In this document: positions 37,561 through 47,256 of the stretch, piece after piece
Layout: the number at the start of each line of letters is the position of its first letter
Position numbering within the stretch: position 1 is the first letter of the stretch
Source: an uncultured Rikenellaceae bacterium
Lineage (GTDB): Bacteria; Bacteroidota; Bacteroidia; Bacteroidales; VadinHA17
Length of the DNA: 62,927 nucleotides
NCBI GenBank assembly: GCA_964383915.1
Contig: CAYLJE010000003.1
Span: forward strand, 1-62,927
Reading direction: 5' to 3'
Notes under the pieces: model-generated
What the model was told of the DNA's origin: nothing
What the model saw: only the letters and a program-made list of their open reading frames with translations
The model's database searches: none
Program-made: the position numbers and the translations under genes

Positions 37561-38898
37561 ATGGAAAAGAATATTGCCATAATAGGAAGCGGAATAACGG
37601 GATTAACAACGGGATACTATCTGAAAAAAGCCGGGATTAATTTTAAAATATATGAAAAAACAAATCATATAGGCGGTGTCATACATACGATTTCCGAAAA
37701 CGGTTTTACTTTTGAAACAGGTCCCAATACAGGAACATTATCAAATATTGAAACCGTAGAACTTTTTGAGCATCTGGCCAATGACTTTGAACTTGAAATA
37801 GCAGATCATACGGCAAAAAGACGTTTGATATTAAAAAACAGCAAATGGCATGCCTTGCCATCAGGTTTGTTTTCCGGAATTTTTACGCCTTTATTTTCTG
37901 TAAAAGATAAATTTCGACTGTTGGGGGAACCATTTCGTAAACCGGGGAAGAATCCGTTTGAAACCATTGCGGAACTGGTTATTCGCAGAATGGGAAAATC
38001 TTTTCTTGATTATGCCGTTGATCCTTTTATTTCAGGAATTTACGCCGGTAATCCGAATTATTTGGTTACGAAATATGCACTTCCGAAATTATATAACCTT
38101 GAACAGACATACGGCAGTTTTATCGGAGGTTCAATAAAAAAAGCCAAAGAGCCGAAAACCGGGCAAGATAAAAAAGTTACAAAAGAAATTTTTTCGGCAA
38201 AAGGCGGCCTGTCTTCCATTGTAAAAGCTTTGGTTAAAAATATCGGAAAGAAAAACATTATTTTAAATGCGGATGTTGAAGTTGTAACAAATAAACAACT
38301 GTATAGTATAGGAGATGAAACCTTTACACATGTGGTAAATACAACAAATGCCGGAGAATTACAGAAATTATTTCCTTTCCTGAGCCAGGAAGATGTTTCT
38401 GATATATCCCATCTGAAGTATGCCCAGGTGGCAGAGATTGCCATCGGGTTTAAAGAATGGAGAGGAATCCATTTGAATGCTTTCGGCGGATTAATTCCTT
38501 CAAAAGAAGGAAGAAATGCTTTGGGAATTTTGTTTATGTCAACTTTATTTAAAAAACGAGCCCCCGAAAATGGGACATTACTAACAACTTTTGTCGGCGG
38601 AACCAAAAAGGAGCAACTTGCAGCGCTGTCGGAAGATGAATTGTTGGAAATACTAAAGCCTGAATTACAAGAATTACTTGGATTGCAAGAATTTAACCCG
38701 GATTTGCTGAAAGTGTTTTATCATAAAAAAGCCATTGCTCAGTATGGGGCCGATAGTGAAAAACGATCGGAAGCAATTAATAAGTTAGAAGGTGAGCATA
38801 AAAATCTGTTCTTGGCAGGAAGTATTCGTGACGGGATCGGGATGGCAGATCGCATAAGGCAAGGCACGGAATTAGCCGGTTTGATTATTAAAAATTAG
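37561..38898 (+). CDS. hemY: HemY-type FAD protoporphyrinogen oxidase
   Basis: IIGSGITGL FAD site, FETGPN, PFISGIYAG and GIGMADRI motifs. Confidence 0.88.
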   Translation: MEKNIAIIGSGITGLTTGYYLKKAGINFKIYEKTNHIGGVIHTISENGFTFETGPNTGTLSNIETVELFEHLANDFELEIADHTAKRRLILKNSKWHALPSGLFSGIFTPLFSVKDKFRLLGEPFRKPGKNPFETIAELVIRRMGKSFLDYAVDPFISGIYAGNPNYLVTKYALPKLYNLEQTYGSFIGGSIKKAKEPKTGQDKKVTKEIFSAKGGLSSIVKALVKNIGKKNIILNADVEVVTNKQLYSIGDETFTHVVNTTNAGELQKLFPFLSQEDVSDISHLKYAQVAEIAIGFKEWRGIHLNAFGGLIPSKEGRNALGILFMSTLFKKRAPENGTLLTTFVGGTKKEQLAALSEDELLEILKPELQELLGLQEFNPDLLKVFYHKKAIAQYGADSEKRSEAINKLEGEHKNLFLAGSIRDGIGMADRIRQGTELAGLIIKN

Positions 38899-39682
38899 GG
38901 TCCGTTTCCTGCTTACGAAAATAGGATTTCAATGCATCAGCAAACCCTTCAAAGGAGCTGAAATCGGTGCCGGTAATTTTAGGCTTTAACCCTGATTGTA
39001 AAGCGGATGACGCCGTATAAGGTCCGAAACAAGCAACCTTTAACTGTGAAAACAGGGTTTCATTATTTAAAAGATATTTTAATGCCTCAATTTCTCCTCC
39101 GCTTGTGAAAGCTATTAAATCATAATCCGATTTTTTGATTTTTTGTAAAATTTTTAATTTTGGATTTTTATTAGGGCGTGTGATATAGGCATCAATTTGT
39201 GTAACTTCTGCAATCGAATTCAATCGTTTAATAAAATCAGGAATAATATCCGGTTCATTGATAATCTCAACCCTCGGCGTTAACACAGCAAGTTTATTCA
39301 TGCTTTTAATCTTTTTTAAAGCACGAAAAATGCCGACCGTGCTTGTTTCTTCTGTTTTTAATTTGCTTGTAAGTTCGAAACGACTTAAAAATTCGGCATC
39401 TTTGCCTATGACAGCAAAGTTTAAAGTTTGTAAGACATTTTTCGAAAGTTTATATTTTTTTGCTTGTTGAACAAAACTTCTGATAGCATTGCGGCTGGGT
39501 AAAATAATATAATCGAAAGTATGAATTTCTTCAAAAAAAACTTTAAAAACCGGATTATCAAATAAAATGGTTTCGATGACAGGAGATTGTAAAACTTCAA
39601 AATTATTTCCGGTCAAAACGGTTTTTAGTTTTTTGTTGTATATTTTTGGAGCAGTGACAATTATTCGTCTTTTTTTATTCAT
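38888..39682 (-). CDS. hemD: Uroporphyrinogen-III synthase
   Basis: IIVTAP start, PVIET, YIILPSRNAI, VIGKDA, YITRP, AFTSGG and CFGPYT motifs; start set at MNKKRR (39682). Confidence 0.75.
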   Translation of the reverse strand: MNKKRRIIVTAPKIYNKKLKTVLTGNNFEVLQSPVIETILFDNPVFKVFFEEIHTFDYIILPSRNAIRSFVQQAKKYKLSKNVLQTLNFAVIGKDAEFLSRFELTSKLKTEETSTVGIFRALKKIKSMNKLAVLTPRVEIINEPDIIPDFIKRLNSIAEVTQIDAYITRPNKNPKLKILQKIKKSDYDLIAFTSGGEIEALKYLLNNETLFSQLKVACFGPYTASSALQSGLKPKITGTDFSSFEGFADALKSYFRKQETDPNF

Positions 39683-39724
39683 CGATACAATAAACTTATT
39701 GACATTTTCACTTCCTTTCCCCCT

Positions 39725-39756
39725 CAAAAATACGCATCTTTGTGATAAACCGTAAA
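39725..39756 (-). promoter_or_regulatory. Putative hemD promoter (-7 TATTTTTG, -33 TTTA)
   Basis: caaaaata at 39725-39732 and taaa at 39753-39756 on the + strand, 20-nt spacer. Confidence 0.45.
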
Positions 39757-39871
39757 TATAAAAAATTGTTTTAACCCCTTTTTGGGAAAGTATTACTGAA
39801 ATAGGAAAGAAACCTCCTGTGAATGGTCCTTTTCTTTTTGCTCTGATACAGAACAAGAGTGAAAGAAATTA

Positions 39872-39901
39872 TTTGTAATCATAAATTATTCTGTATCTTT
39901 G
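39872..39901 (+). promoter_or_regulatory. rpsP promoter (-33 TTTG, -7 TATCTTTG)
   Basis: TTTG at 39872-39875 and TATCTTTG at 39894-39901. Confidence 0.65.
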
Positions 39902-39942
39902 CAGCCACAAAAATTTAAACATAACCATTAAAAAAGTAACGA

Positions 39943-40635
39943 ATGCCAGTAAAAATCAGGCTAAAGCGCGAAGGTCGCAAGAAAAAACCTTTCTATCACA
40001 TTGTGATAGCAGATAGCAGGGCGCCACGAGATGGCCGGTTTATTGATAAAATCGGGTATTACAATCCCCACACAAATCCTGCTACAACAGAACTGGACTT
40101 TGATAAGGCATTGGATTGGTTATTGAAAGGCGCCCAACCTACCGACACGTGCAGAGCTATTCTGTCATACAAAGGGGTATTGTATAAGAAACATCTTCTC
40201 ATTGGAGTGCGTAAAGGAGCTTTCTCGGAAGAAGAAGCCGGGCGTCGTTTCGAAGCCTGGATGAAAGAGAAAGAAGAAAAAATACAGGCTAAACGCGAGC
40301 GGTTACAAAAAACCCATGAGGAAGATACAGAGAAACGGCTGGAGGTAGAAGTTAAAATAAACGAAGCCAGAGCTCAGGAATTAGCGAAGAAACGTTCCAA
40401 GCTGCTGGAGGAAACAACCAGCGCCGGAGAAGAGGGGAAATCCGGGACAAGCGAGACGAAAGGAACTGCCGAACAAACTGAAACACAGGCAGCCGAAGCT
40501 ACTGTTGAACAAACCGGGTCAGAGGCTTCTGAAGTTCCAAAAGAGACAACTAAATCAACGACTCCGGTTGTGGAAACTGTAACTAAAGATTCGTCTTCTG
40601 CTGAAAAGAAAGACGAAGAAAAAGCAAAGGAATAG
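39943..40635 (+). CDS. rpsP: 30S ribosomal protein S16 with long C-terminal extension
   Basis: [25 protein letters not shown] and GAQPTDT motifs; followed by rimM. Confidence 0.96.
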   Translation: MPVKIRLKREGRKKKPFYHIVIADSRAPRDGRFIDKIGYYNPHTNPATTELDFDKALDWLLKGAQPTDTCRAILSYKGVLYKKHLLIGVRKGAFSEEEAGRRFEAWMKEKEEKIQAKRERLQKTHEEDTEKRLEVEVKINEARAQELAKKRSKLLEETTSAGEEGKSGTSETKGTAEQTETQAAEATVEQTGSEASEVPKETTKSTTPVVETVTKDSSSAEKKDEEKAKE

Positions 40636-40662
40636 ACCCTTCATCTTTTTAACTTGTGTCTT

Positions 40663-41187
40663 ATGTCCCGCGAAAATTTAATTCCTGCGGGAGAAATATT
40701 GAAAGTTCACGGACTGGAAGGCGGGCTCGTTATCCGGATCAGCGAACTTTTTTATCCTTTTGAAAAGATTCCGGAATTCTTCTTCCTGTTAATAAACGGA
40801 CTGCCAGTGCCTTTTTTTGTCAACGATGCCGAGGCATTCGGAAAGGGATCATATCTCGTCTTTTTTAAGGAGATCACTACGCGGGATCAGGCATTAAAAT
40901 ATCGTGACTGTGAAGTGTTACTCGAAGTAAAATATGTACCTCGCGAAAAGAAAAATGCCATTCCGGGAGACTACGCCGGTTATTCTTTTACTGACGAGAC
41001 CTCCGGGAAAAAAGGACGGGTCTCCGGCCTTGTACCTGTTCCGGAAAATCCTTTCTACGAAGTAAATACCGGCGACAATTTTTTTTTGATACCGGCGGCA
41101 AAAATCTTTATTGTACAGGTTGATAGTGGAACAAAACAGGTTATTTTCCGGTTACCCGAAGGAATTTTTAATCCTGATAACTTATAA
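40663..41187 (+). CDS. rimM: 16S rRNA processing protein RimM
   Basis: GEILKVHGLEG, INGLPVPFF, PRC-barrel C-terminus; position after rpsP. Confidence 0.85.
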   Translation: MSRENLIPAGEILKVHGLEGGLVIRISELFYPFEKIPEFFFLLINGLPVPFFVNDAEAFGKGSYLVFFKEITTRDQALKYRDCEVLLEVKYVPREKKNAIPGDYAGYSFTDETSGKKGRVSGLVPVPENPFYEVNTGDNFFLIPAAKIFIVQVDSGTKQVIFRLPEGIFNPDNL

Positions 41188-41264
41188 TCGGGTTTCCTTC
41201 ACATGCAACATTACGAATTTGTATTCGTCTTTTAAAAAGATAATAAATCCTAATTTTAAAACAC

Positions 41265-41987
41265 ATGAAACGTAATCTTTTCCATGTAGTGACACTGGCC
41301 ATTACTTTTTCTTTTTTATCCTCCTGCATTGGATATACCCAGAAAGAGGAAATCCGTAAAACAGGTTCTTTTAGCGAAATTACCTTGTCTATTCCTGCTG
41401 ATGTATTCCTGACCCAGGGACCCCGTACAGAAGTCAAGCTGGAAGGGCCGGAAAATTATTTGGGAAAAGTTGAGACCAAAGTTAAAGGAGATAGACTAAG
41501 TATCGCTTTCTACCACAACTATTTCGGCTGGAGAAGACCTCAGGGAAGAATCGCCATCTATATTACAACCCCTGAAATTAAGCGTCTTAATGTAACCGGT
41601 TCAGGGAAGATCGAAACGAAAACGCAGGTCTCTTCCGATGAATTAAAATTGCTGGTAACCGGCAGCGGAAAGATTAAGGTAAGTGACCTCCTGGCCAAAA
41701 GGGTAGATGTTTCTGTAACAGGATCCGGGACCATCAAGCTTGCCGGGAAGGAACCGGTAATATCCCAGGAAGTAGAAATTACCGGATCAGGAACCATTCA
41801 CAATGAGAATCTCCCGACAAAAAAGGCCGAAGCTTCTATTACCGGGTCGGGAGATGCTTATGTTTATGTTAACGACCGGCTTAAGGTTTCTATTACCGGG
41901 AGTGGCGATTTGTATTATGCCGGAGCCCCTGTTGTAGATGCCAGAATCACCGGCTCGGGGAATGTGAAAGCCCTGAAGGAAAAATAA
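41265..41987 (+). CDS. DUF2807/GIN-domain lipoprotein
   Basis: Lipobox LSSC and repeated (V/I)TGSG beta-helix units. Confidence 0.85.
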   Translation: MKRNLFHVVTLAITFSFLSSCIGYTQKEEIRKTGSFSEITLSIPADVFLTQGPRTEVKLEGPENYLGKVETKVKGDRLSIAFYHNYFGWRRPQGRIAIYITTPEIKRLNVTGSGKIETKTQVSSDELKLLVTGSGKIKVSDLLAKRVDVSVTGSGTIKLAGKEPVISQEVEITGSGTIHNENLPTKKAEASITGSGDAYVYVNDRLKVSITGSGDLYYAGAPVVDARITGSGNVKALKEK

Positions 41988-42079
41988 GCAGGCGGGTAGA
42001 AAATACCTATTTAAATACCTGTTATAATAGGTAGATGTGGATTCGTTGGAGATCTGCAGTTGCAGGTGAGACAGGACCA

Positions 42080-42655
42080 TCAATCCCGAAGAATGGCTCT
42101 GGTCCCATCGGGATATATTCTGATTATGTGCGAAGGTTTTGCAGGAGTTGACTCTTCCTGTCTCCATTTTACAACATAATCCACCTCTTTGATTAATCCG
42201 GGGTCAATAAACCTGAAGGATGCCGGTGGGTGCTGGGAGAAATAATTGGCTGAAGTAGATACCAGTGGCACTCCTGATTCCCGGATCAGACGAGTACAAA
42301 AAATGTCCTTTGGGATCCTGATCCCGGTAGTCCCGTCATTGTGTATCAGGGAAGGCGCGATGCCATTTACCCCGGGCAGAATAAAAGTAGTAGGAAGGGT
42401 AGCATGTTCCATTTCCAAGATCACATCCGGAGCTACATTTTTTGCATACCGGAGGAGCATATCTTTGGAATCCACCAGCATGATGAAATTTTTTCCCAGG
42501 GGTCTCTTTTTTATCCGGGAGACTTTGCGTACAGCCTCCTCATTTGTGGCATCACAGCCAATTCCCCAAATGGTGTCCGTAGGGTAAAGAATTACCCCTC
42601 CTTTTTTTAATATCCGGACAGCTTCTTTTATTTCTTCCCCAACCTGATTATTCAT
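42080..42655 (-). CDS. tsaC: L-threonylcarbamoyladenylate synthase (Sua5/YrdC)
   Basis: YPTDTIWGIGCDA, IKKR, GIRIP and STSAN motifs. Confidence 0.88.
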   Translation of the reverse strand: MNNQVGEEIKEAVRILKKGGVILYPTDTIWGIGCDATNEEAVRKVSRIKKRPLGKNFIMLVDSKDMLLRYAKNVAPDVILEMEHATLPTTFILPGVNGIAPSLIHNDGTTGIRIPKDIFCTRLIRESGVPLVSTSANYFSQHPPASFRFIDPGLIKEVDYVVKWRQEESTPAKPSHIIRIYPDGTRAILRD

Positions 42656-42813
42656 AACTGGTTTTAAAAACGATCTCTTTCTGTGCGTACGAATTTACTT
42701 AAATTCATGCAATATATATTTATTTATCCTGTGGGAAAATTAATAATTTTCCCACGCTCCATTTTTTATACCGGGAATTCTCTTTATTTTTATGTTTTAA
42801 ACGAATAAATAAT

Positions 42814-43791
42814 TTGCCGGAAAAAACATCTGTTTTGAAAAAGCTTTCCGTGATCATCGTAAATTACAGAGGGTGGGAGTCTCTGAAATTATGTTTGGAT
42901 TCACTTTCCTGTCTTAAAAGTGCAGGTTTTGGATGGGAAGTTATCATAGTTGATAATTTCTCCGATGATGGCAGAATGGATGAATTTGCTTTATCCTATC
43001 CGGATTTCCGTTTTATTGAAAACAAGGGAAATTATGGTTTTTCAAACGGAAACAACCTTGGGGCTGCATATGCCGGGGGGGAATATTTTTTATTTTTGAA
43101 TCCTGATACCATCGTTTCACTGGAAGCCCTGTCTTCCATGTTACATCTGGCTGAGGAGCATCCTGTTTATCACATTGTCTCTATACAACAGAGAAGACAG
43201 TCGGGAAAACCGGAAAATCCTTTTGGCATTTTCCCTTCGGTTTGGACCATTAATGGACTTATTAGAATCGGTTACTCTCTTTTTTCAAAAAAGAAATTTA
43301 AAAAAGATTGTAAAACGAATCCGGTTATTTTACCGGACTGGGTATCCGGTTCCGTTGTCTTGATTAAAAGACAGGTTTTTGAACAGACAGGGGGCTGGAG
43401 TGAGGATTTCTGGTTGTATTATGAAGACATTGATTTATGTAGAAGGGTGAGGGATAGGGGAGGCAGGATCGCTTTGTTGTGTGATATTTCCATCACCCAT
43501 CACCATGGCAGTCTCACCAGAAAAGATAAAAAACGTATTGCTTTTTTTAAAGCCGAAGTAATGAAATCAAGGCATATTTATTTTTATAAGCATTATAAAA
43601 GAGGACAACAGATTATATTACAATCTTTTTTGGTTATTAACACATTGTTCTTTGAGGAACTTATCCCTGCAATGATTGGTTTGATATTCTTTCCTTTTCT
43701 CAAAGCCAGGGTTCATTTATTTATCTATATCTATCTCTGGGAATATTATTTTCAGGTAATGAAGAAAAAGAGCTGGATACTCCGTTCTTAA
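42814..43791 (+). CDS. Glycosyltransferase family 2 (WbbL/rhamnosyltransferase-like)
   Basis: IIVNY, VDNFSDD, LNPDT and YYEDIDLC motifs; start uncertain. Confidence 0.85.
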   Translation: MPEKTSVLKKLSVIIVNYRGWESLKLCLDSLSCLKSAGFGWEVIIVDNFSDDGRMDEFALSYPDFRFIENKGNYGFSNGNNLGAAYAGGEYFLFLNPDTIVSLEALSSMLHLAEEHPVYHIVSIQQRRQSGKPENPFGIFPSVWTINGLIRIGYSLFSKKKFKKDCKTNPVILPDWVSGSVVLIKRQVFEQTGGWSEDFWLYYEDIDLCRRVRDRGGRIALLCDISITHHHGSLTRKDKKRIAFFKAEVMKSRHIYFYKHYKRGQQIILQSFLVINTLFFEELIPAMIGLIFFPFLKARVHLFIYIYLWEYYFQVMKKKSWILRS

Positions 43792-43802
43792 TTTGCAAAG
43801 GT

Positions 43803-44516
43803 TTATTCGTTCATTACTTTCTCCCAATCAATAATAGGAGCCAGGAATGGTGTTTCCGCATGGGTAGCGTAGGCTGGCATCGGACTGATGAGGTATGCTC
43901 TTTTTTTATCACTCAGGTATTGAAACTTGGCTTTATCTCTGGCGATTCCTTTTCTGCTTTTACAATATATTTCATGTATCTTAAAATGTTTCTTTAATGT
44001 TTTAAACCTCGTTGCCCACGTATTTGTTGTGGACGGGATGTATCGCCAGTGAACGGAGGGGGAGAAAATAATTCTCGACTTCAGGTTCCGGTATCTGCGC
44101 AAAAAATACTTATCCCTGTGGTCATACAATGAGACATAATCAGCATCTGAATGCCCGAATCCTTCCAGCATAATATCCACCCAGCCTTTCCGATGAACAT
44201 AATCATCTTCCAGCACATAAACAATATCATTATCGGGGATATCCCGGGTGATGATATAGTATAACAGATTGTGCAGGCTCCTGGAATCATCTCCCCCTGT
44301 AAACTCTACAATTTTAAAGTCTTTTTCGGCAGAGATAAAATGTTTTTCCAGGGCTCCGTTGGCGTTATCATAGACCAATGTCAATTCGACCCTGTTGTCA
44401 TCTGCAATCGTATTCTTAAGATTGCGAAAGCATTTTTCCCTGCTAAACCAATCAGGTCTTTTTTTATTTATTGAACTCGGAGAAAATCCGCAATGTCTCT
44501 GAAAAATATGTATCAT
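43803..44516 (-). CDS. Uncharacterised GT-A-fold glycosyltransferase-like protein
   Basis: VYVLEDDYVH DxD-like motif and YVSLYDHRDKY; lies between two GT2 genes. Confidence 0.5.
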   Translation of the reverse strand: MIHIFQRHCGFSPSSINKKRPDWFSREKCFRNLKNTIADDNRVELTLVYDNANGALEKHFISAEKDFKIVEFTGGDDSRSLHNLLYYIITRDIPDNDIVYVLEDDYVHRKGWVDIMLEGFGHSDADYVSLYDHRDKYFLRRYRNLKSRIIFSPSVHWRYIPSTTNTWATRFKTLKKHFKIHEIYCKSRKGIARDKAKFQYLSDKKRAYLISPMPAYATHAETPFLAPIIDWEKVMNE

Positions 44517-44577
44517 AGGATACTAAATTAAGTTTTTCCCTTCATATTTTTATTAAATATCTGTGAGTCGACCGAAC

Positions 44578-45357
44578 TCATCTGTCATTTTTGTTTTTTA
44601 TTGACCTGTCTATATTTATTGTACGGGTCTTAAGGTGTTTTAAAAAACTGGAATAGGCATTCAGATAGCATACTTTCCATCCAATCTTTCCGTCTAAGAA
44701 CCCCAGACGGAAGAAATAATTCCAGGCAAACCGCCAAACAAGGCTAAGGATGATACGAGGCCATGATGATTTCCCTCTGAGATCGTAATATTGCCCGGCG
44801 CTAATAGATGAAAAATTATATATTTTCTCGCGGTGTTCCTGTTCCGAAGCCTGGGTATAGTGTAACAAATCTCCTTTGAGGTATCCCTTTACTGCTCCCG
44901 GTAATAATTTCATGGTATCATGAGGGTTAATACCATCCCAATAAGCTTTTCGCCGGTCTGCCAGCCGTAGTTTTTTATCAGGATAAACACCGGAATGACG
45001 GAGCCATTTTCCATAATAATTATTCAGACGATTGAAATAATATCCGTCCCGACTCCAATTATTCTTAACTTCTTTTATGGAATTCCTTAGTTTGTCAGAT
45101 AACATTTCATCAGCATCCAGAGAAAGGATATATTCATATTTTGCCTGTTGCATAGCCCAGTTTTTCTGTTCTATGTATCCTTCAAACGGATGCAGGATAA
45201 ACCGGCAATTAAATTGTTTACATATCTCTTTTGTCCGGTCCGTTGAATAAGAGTCCACTACGATAATATCATCGGCGACTCCTTCCAGAGATGAAAGGCA
45301 CTTCCCTATATAAGTCTCTTCGTTATAAGAAATAATGACAGCAGAAATCTTTGGCAT
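44578..45357 (-). CDS. Glycosyltransferase family 2 (KdtX/WaaE-like)
   Basis: SAVIISYNEE, VDSYSTD, SLDADE and FLDGKIG motifs; start set at MPKIS. Confidence 0.88.
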   Translation of the reverse strand: MPKISAVIISYNEETYIGKCLSSLEGVADDIIVVDSYSTDRTKEICKQFNCRFILHPFEGYIEQKNWAMQQAKYEYILSLDADEMLSDKLRNSIKEVKNNWSRDGYYFNRLNNYYGKWLRHSGVYPDKKLRLADRRKAYWDGINPHDTMKLLPGAVKGYLKGDLLHYTQASEQEHREKIYNFSSISAGQYYDLRGKSSWPRIILSLVWRFAWNYFFRLGFLDGKIGWKVCYLNAYSSFLKHLKTRTINIDRSIKNKNDR

Positions 45358-45488
45358 GGTAAAGTAAATAAAACAAGAGATACTGCAAATAGCTAATGTA
45401 AGCACATTTATGTTAATCCTTTAAGTAATGATTAACTTATTTCCTTTTTTTTCTTTTCGTGTCAGGATAAGATAAAACAGGAAAATTC

Positions 45489-46301
45489 TTAAACAGAAAT
45501 ATCATATTCTCTCAATGCCTCATTAAGTGAAGTTTTCAGGTTGGTTGATTCTTTTCTTTTTCCGATGATCAAGGCGCAGGCAACCTGATAATTTCCTGCC
45601 GGGAAAGATTTTGTAAAACTTCCGGGTATTACCACAGAACGGGGAGGCACTTCTCCCCGTAATTCTATTGATTTACTGTTTGTTACATCAATGATGCGGG
45701 TAGATTGGGTTAGTACAACATTGGCTCCCAGTACTGCTTCTTGTCGTACCCTGACGCCTTCAACTACAATGCAGCGGGATCCGATAAAGCAACCATCCTC
45801 AATGATAACAGGAGCAGCCTGCACAGGTTCCAAAACACCTCCGATGCCTGCCCCTCCACTCAGATGAACATGTTTCCCGATCTGAGCACAAGAGCCAACG
45901 GTAGCCCAGGTATCCACCATGGTTCCCTCGTCAACATAAGCTCCGATATTCACATAAGAAGGCATCATAATCACCCCGGGGGCCAGATAGGATCCATATC
46001 GTGCCAGAGCATGTGGAACGACACGTACCCCTTGTTCTTTGTAGTGATGTTTTAAAGGGATCTTATCATGAAATTCAAAAGGAGGAGATTCAATTATTTC
46101 CATTTTACGTAAAGGAAAATATAGAATCACTGCTTTTTTGACCCATTCATTAACCTTCCATTTTTCACCGGACGGTTCAGCTATCCGTATTTTTCCTTTA
46201 TCCAGCAGATCAATCGTGTTATAGATTGCCTGCTGAACTTCAGGGTCTTTCAATAATTCTTTTTTCTCCCAAGCTTTCTCAATGATATTCTGATATGTCA
46301 T
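45489..46301 (-). CDS. dapD: Tetrahydrodipicolinate N-succinyltransferase
   Basis: NEWVKKAV, MPSYVNIGA, DTWATVGSCAQIG and GGVLEP motifs. Confidence 0.96.
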   Translation of the reverse strand: MTYQNIIEKAWEKKELLKDPEVQQAIYNTIDLLDKGKIRIAEPSGEKWKVNEWVKKAVILYFPLRKMEIIESPPFEFHDKIPLKHHYKEQGVRVVPHALARYGSYLAPGVIMMPSYVNIGAYVDEGTMVDTWATVGSCAQIGKHVHLSGGAGIGGVLEPVQAAPVIIEDGCFIGSRCIVVEGVRVRQEAVLGANVVLTQSTRIIDVTNSKSIELRGEVPPRSVVIPGSFTKSFPAGNYQVACALIIGKRKESTNLKTSLNEALREYDISV

Positions 46302-46431
46302 AAGTATATATTATATGGCTGTAAAATTCGTAAATTTTTTAAGATTATAAAATTTGTTTTGATAAATTCTTCACTTTTGGTCTATGTTTTGTGAAAAAAA
46401 TAAAGATAAGGAAAGATGATATTTTTGATTT

Positions 46432-46445
46432 AAAAAAAAAAAAAA
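46432..46445 (+). repeat. A14 homopolymer tract
   Basis: 14 consecutive A, ending 26 nt upstream of the ATG at 46472. Confidence 0.9.
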
Positions 46446-46471
46446 GACCTTTACAACTTAAACAACTGATT

Positions 46472-47254
46472 ATGGGGGTTAAAAAATATCTGAGTTGGTT
46501 TATGTTGTTTTTTTTAATAACCATGGTATCTGTGTATGCACAGCGGGAGACTCTGTCTCTGGATTCACTGGTCATGATGCAAGGTCAGTTAAGGGATGTT
46601 GCCTCCGGCGTCCCCATCCCTTATGCACACATCCTCAATACGAGATATAAACGGGCTACGGTTTCGGATACTCTTGGTTTTTTTACCCTCCCCATGCATC
46701 GGAATGATACGCTCTTTATCACGGCCATTGGCTTTGAAGACACAAAATTTACCTTGCCTGTTTTCTGGCCTGCAAATCATTATTCCGGCGTGATTTATAT
46801 TAAAGAAAGGGTCTATCATATCGAAGGAGTTACCGTCCATGGGTTGGGGACCTATGAACAATTTAAGCAAAAAGTATTATCCCTGGATCTTTCCAAAAAT
46901 AAGGTTATCAGAATGCAAACTTACTATGATAAAATTCTTACTGAAGAAGCTATTAAATATCAGAAAGTCAGTACCGGCTTTTTATTCTCACTTCGTAGTC
47001 CCGAAGAACGCAGTCTGAAAAAATTGGAGAAAGTCCTTGAAGAACAAAAAATCCGGGATAAAATTAAATCAAAATTTAATAAGGCGATGGTCAGCCAGCT
47101 AACCGGTCTGCAGGGTATCCAACTTGAAAGGTTTATGCATTACTGTGATTTACCGGAAGATTTTATCCTGAATGCTTCGGAGTATGATATACTGGTAAGG
47201 GTAAAAAATATTTATGAGAATTATAAACTCTTGCAGAACAGACAAACGAGATAA
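46472..47254 (+). CDS. Secreted protein with carboxypeptidase-regulatory-like domain
   Basis: Signal peptide MGVKKYLSWFMLFFLITMVSVYA, then GQLRD..SGVPIPYAHI, TVSDTLGFF and ITAIGF. Confidence 0.75.
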   Translation: MGVKKYLSWFMLFFLITMVSVYAQRETLSLDSLVMMQGQLRDVASGVPIPYAHILNTRYKRATVSDTLGFFTLPMHRNDTLFITAIGFEDTKFTLPVFWPANHYSGVIYIKERVYHIEGVTVHGLGTYEQFKQKVLSLDLSKNKVIRMQTYYDKILTEEAIKYQKVSTGFLFSLRSPEERSLKKLEKVLEEQKIRDKIKSKFNKAMVSQLTGLQGIQLERFMHYCDLPEDFILNASEYDILVRVKNIYENYKLLQNRQTR

Positions 47255-47256
47255 GC

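Noticed and set aside
40250-40635. Long acidic, low-complexity tail on S16
   Set aside because: Extended S16 is usual in Bacteroidota
42004-42033. Inverted repeat TACCTATT...AATAGGTA between convergent genes
   Set aside because: AT-rich 8-bp stem with a 14-nt loop; too weak to call a terminator
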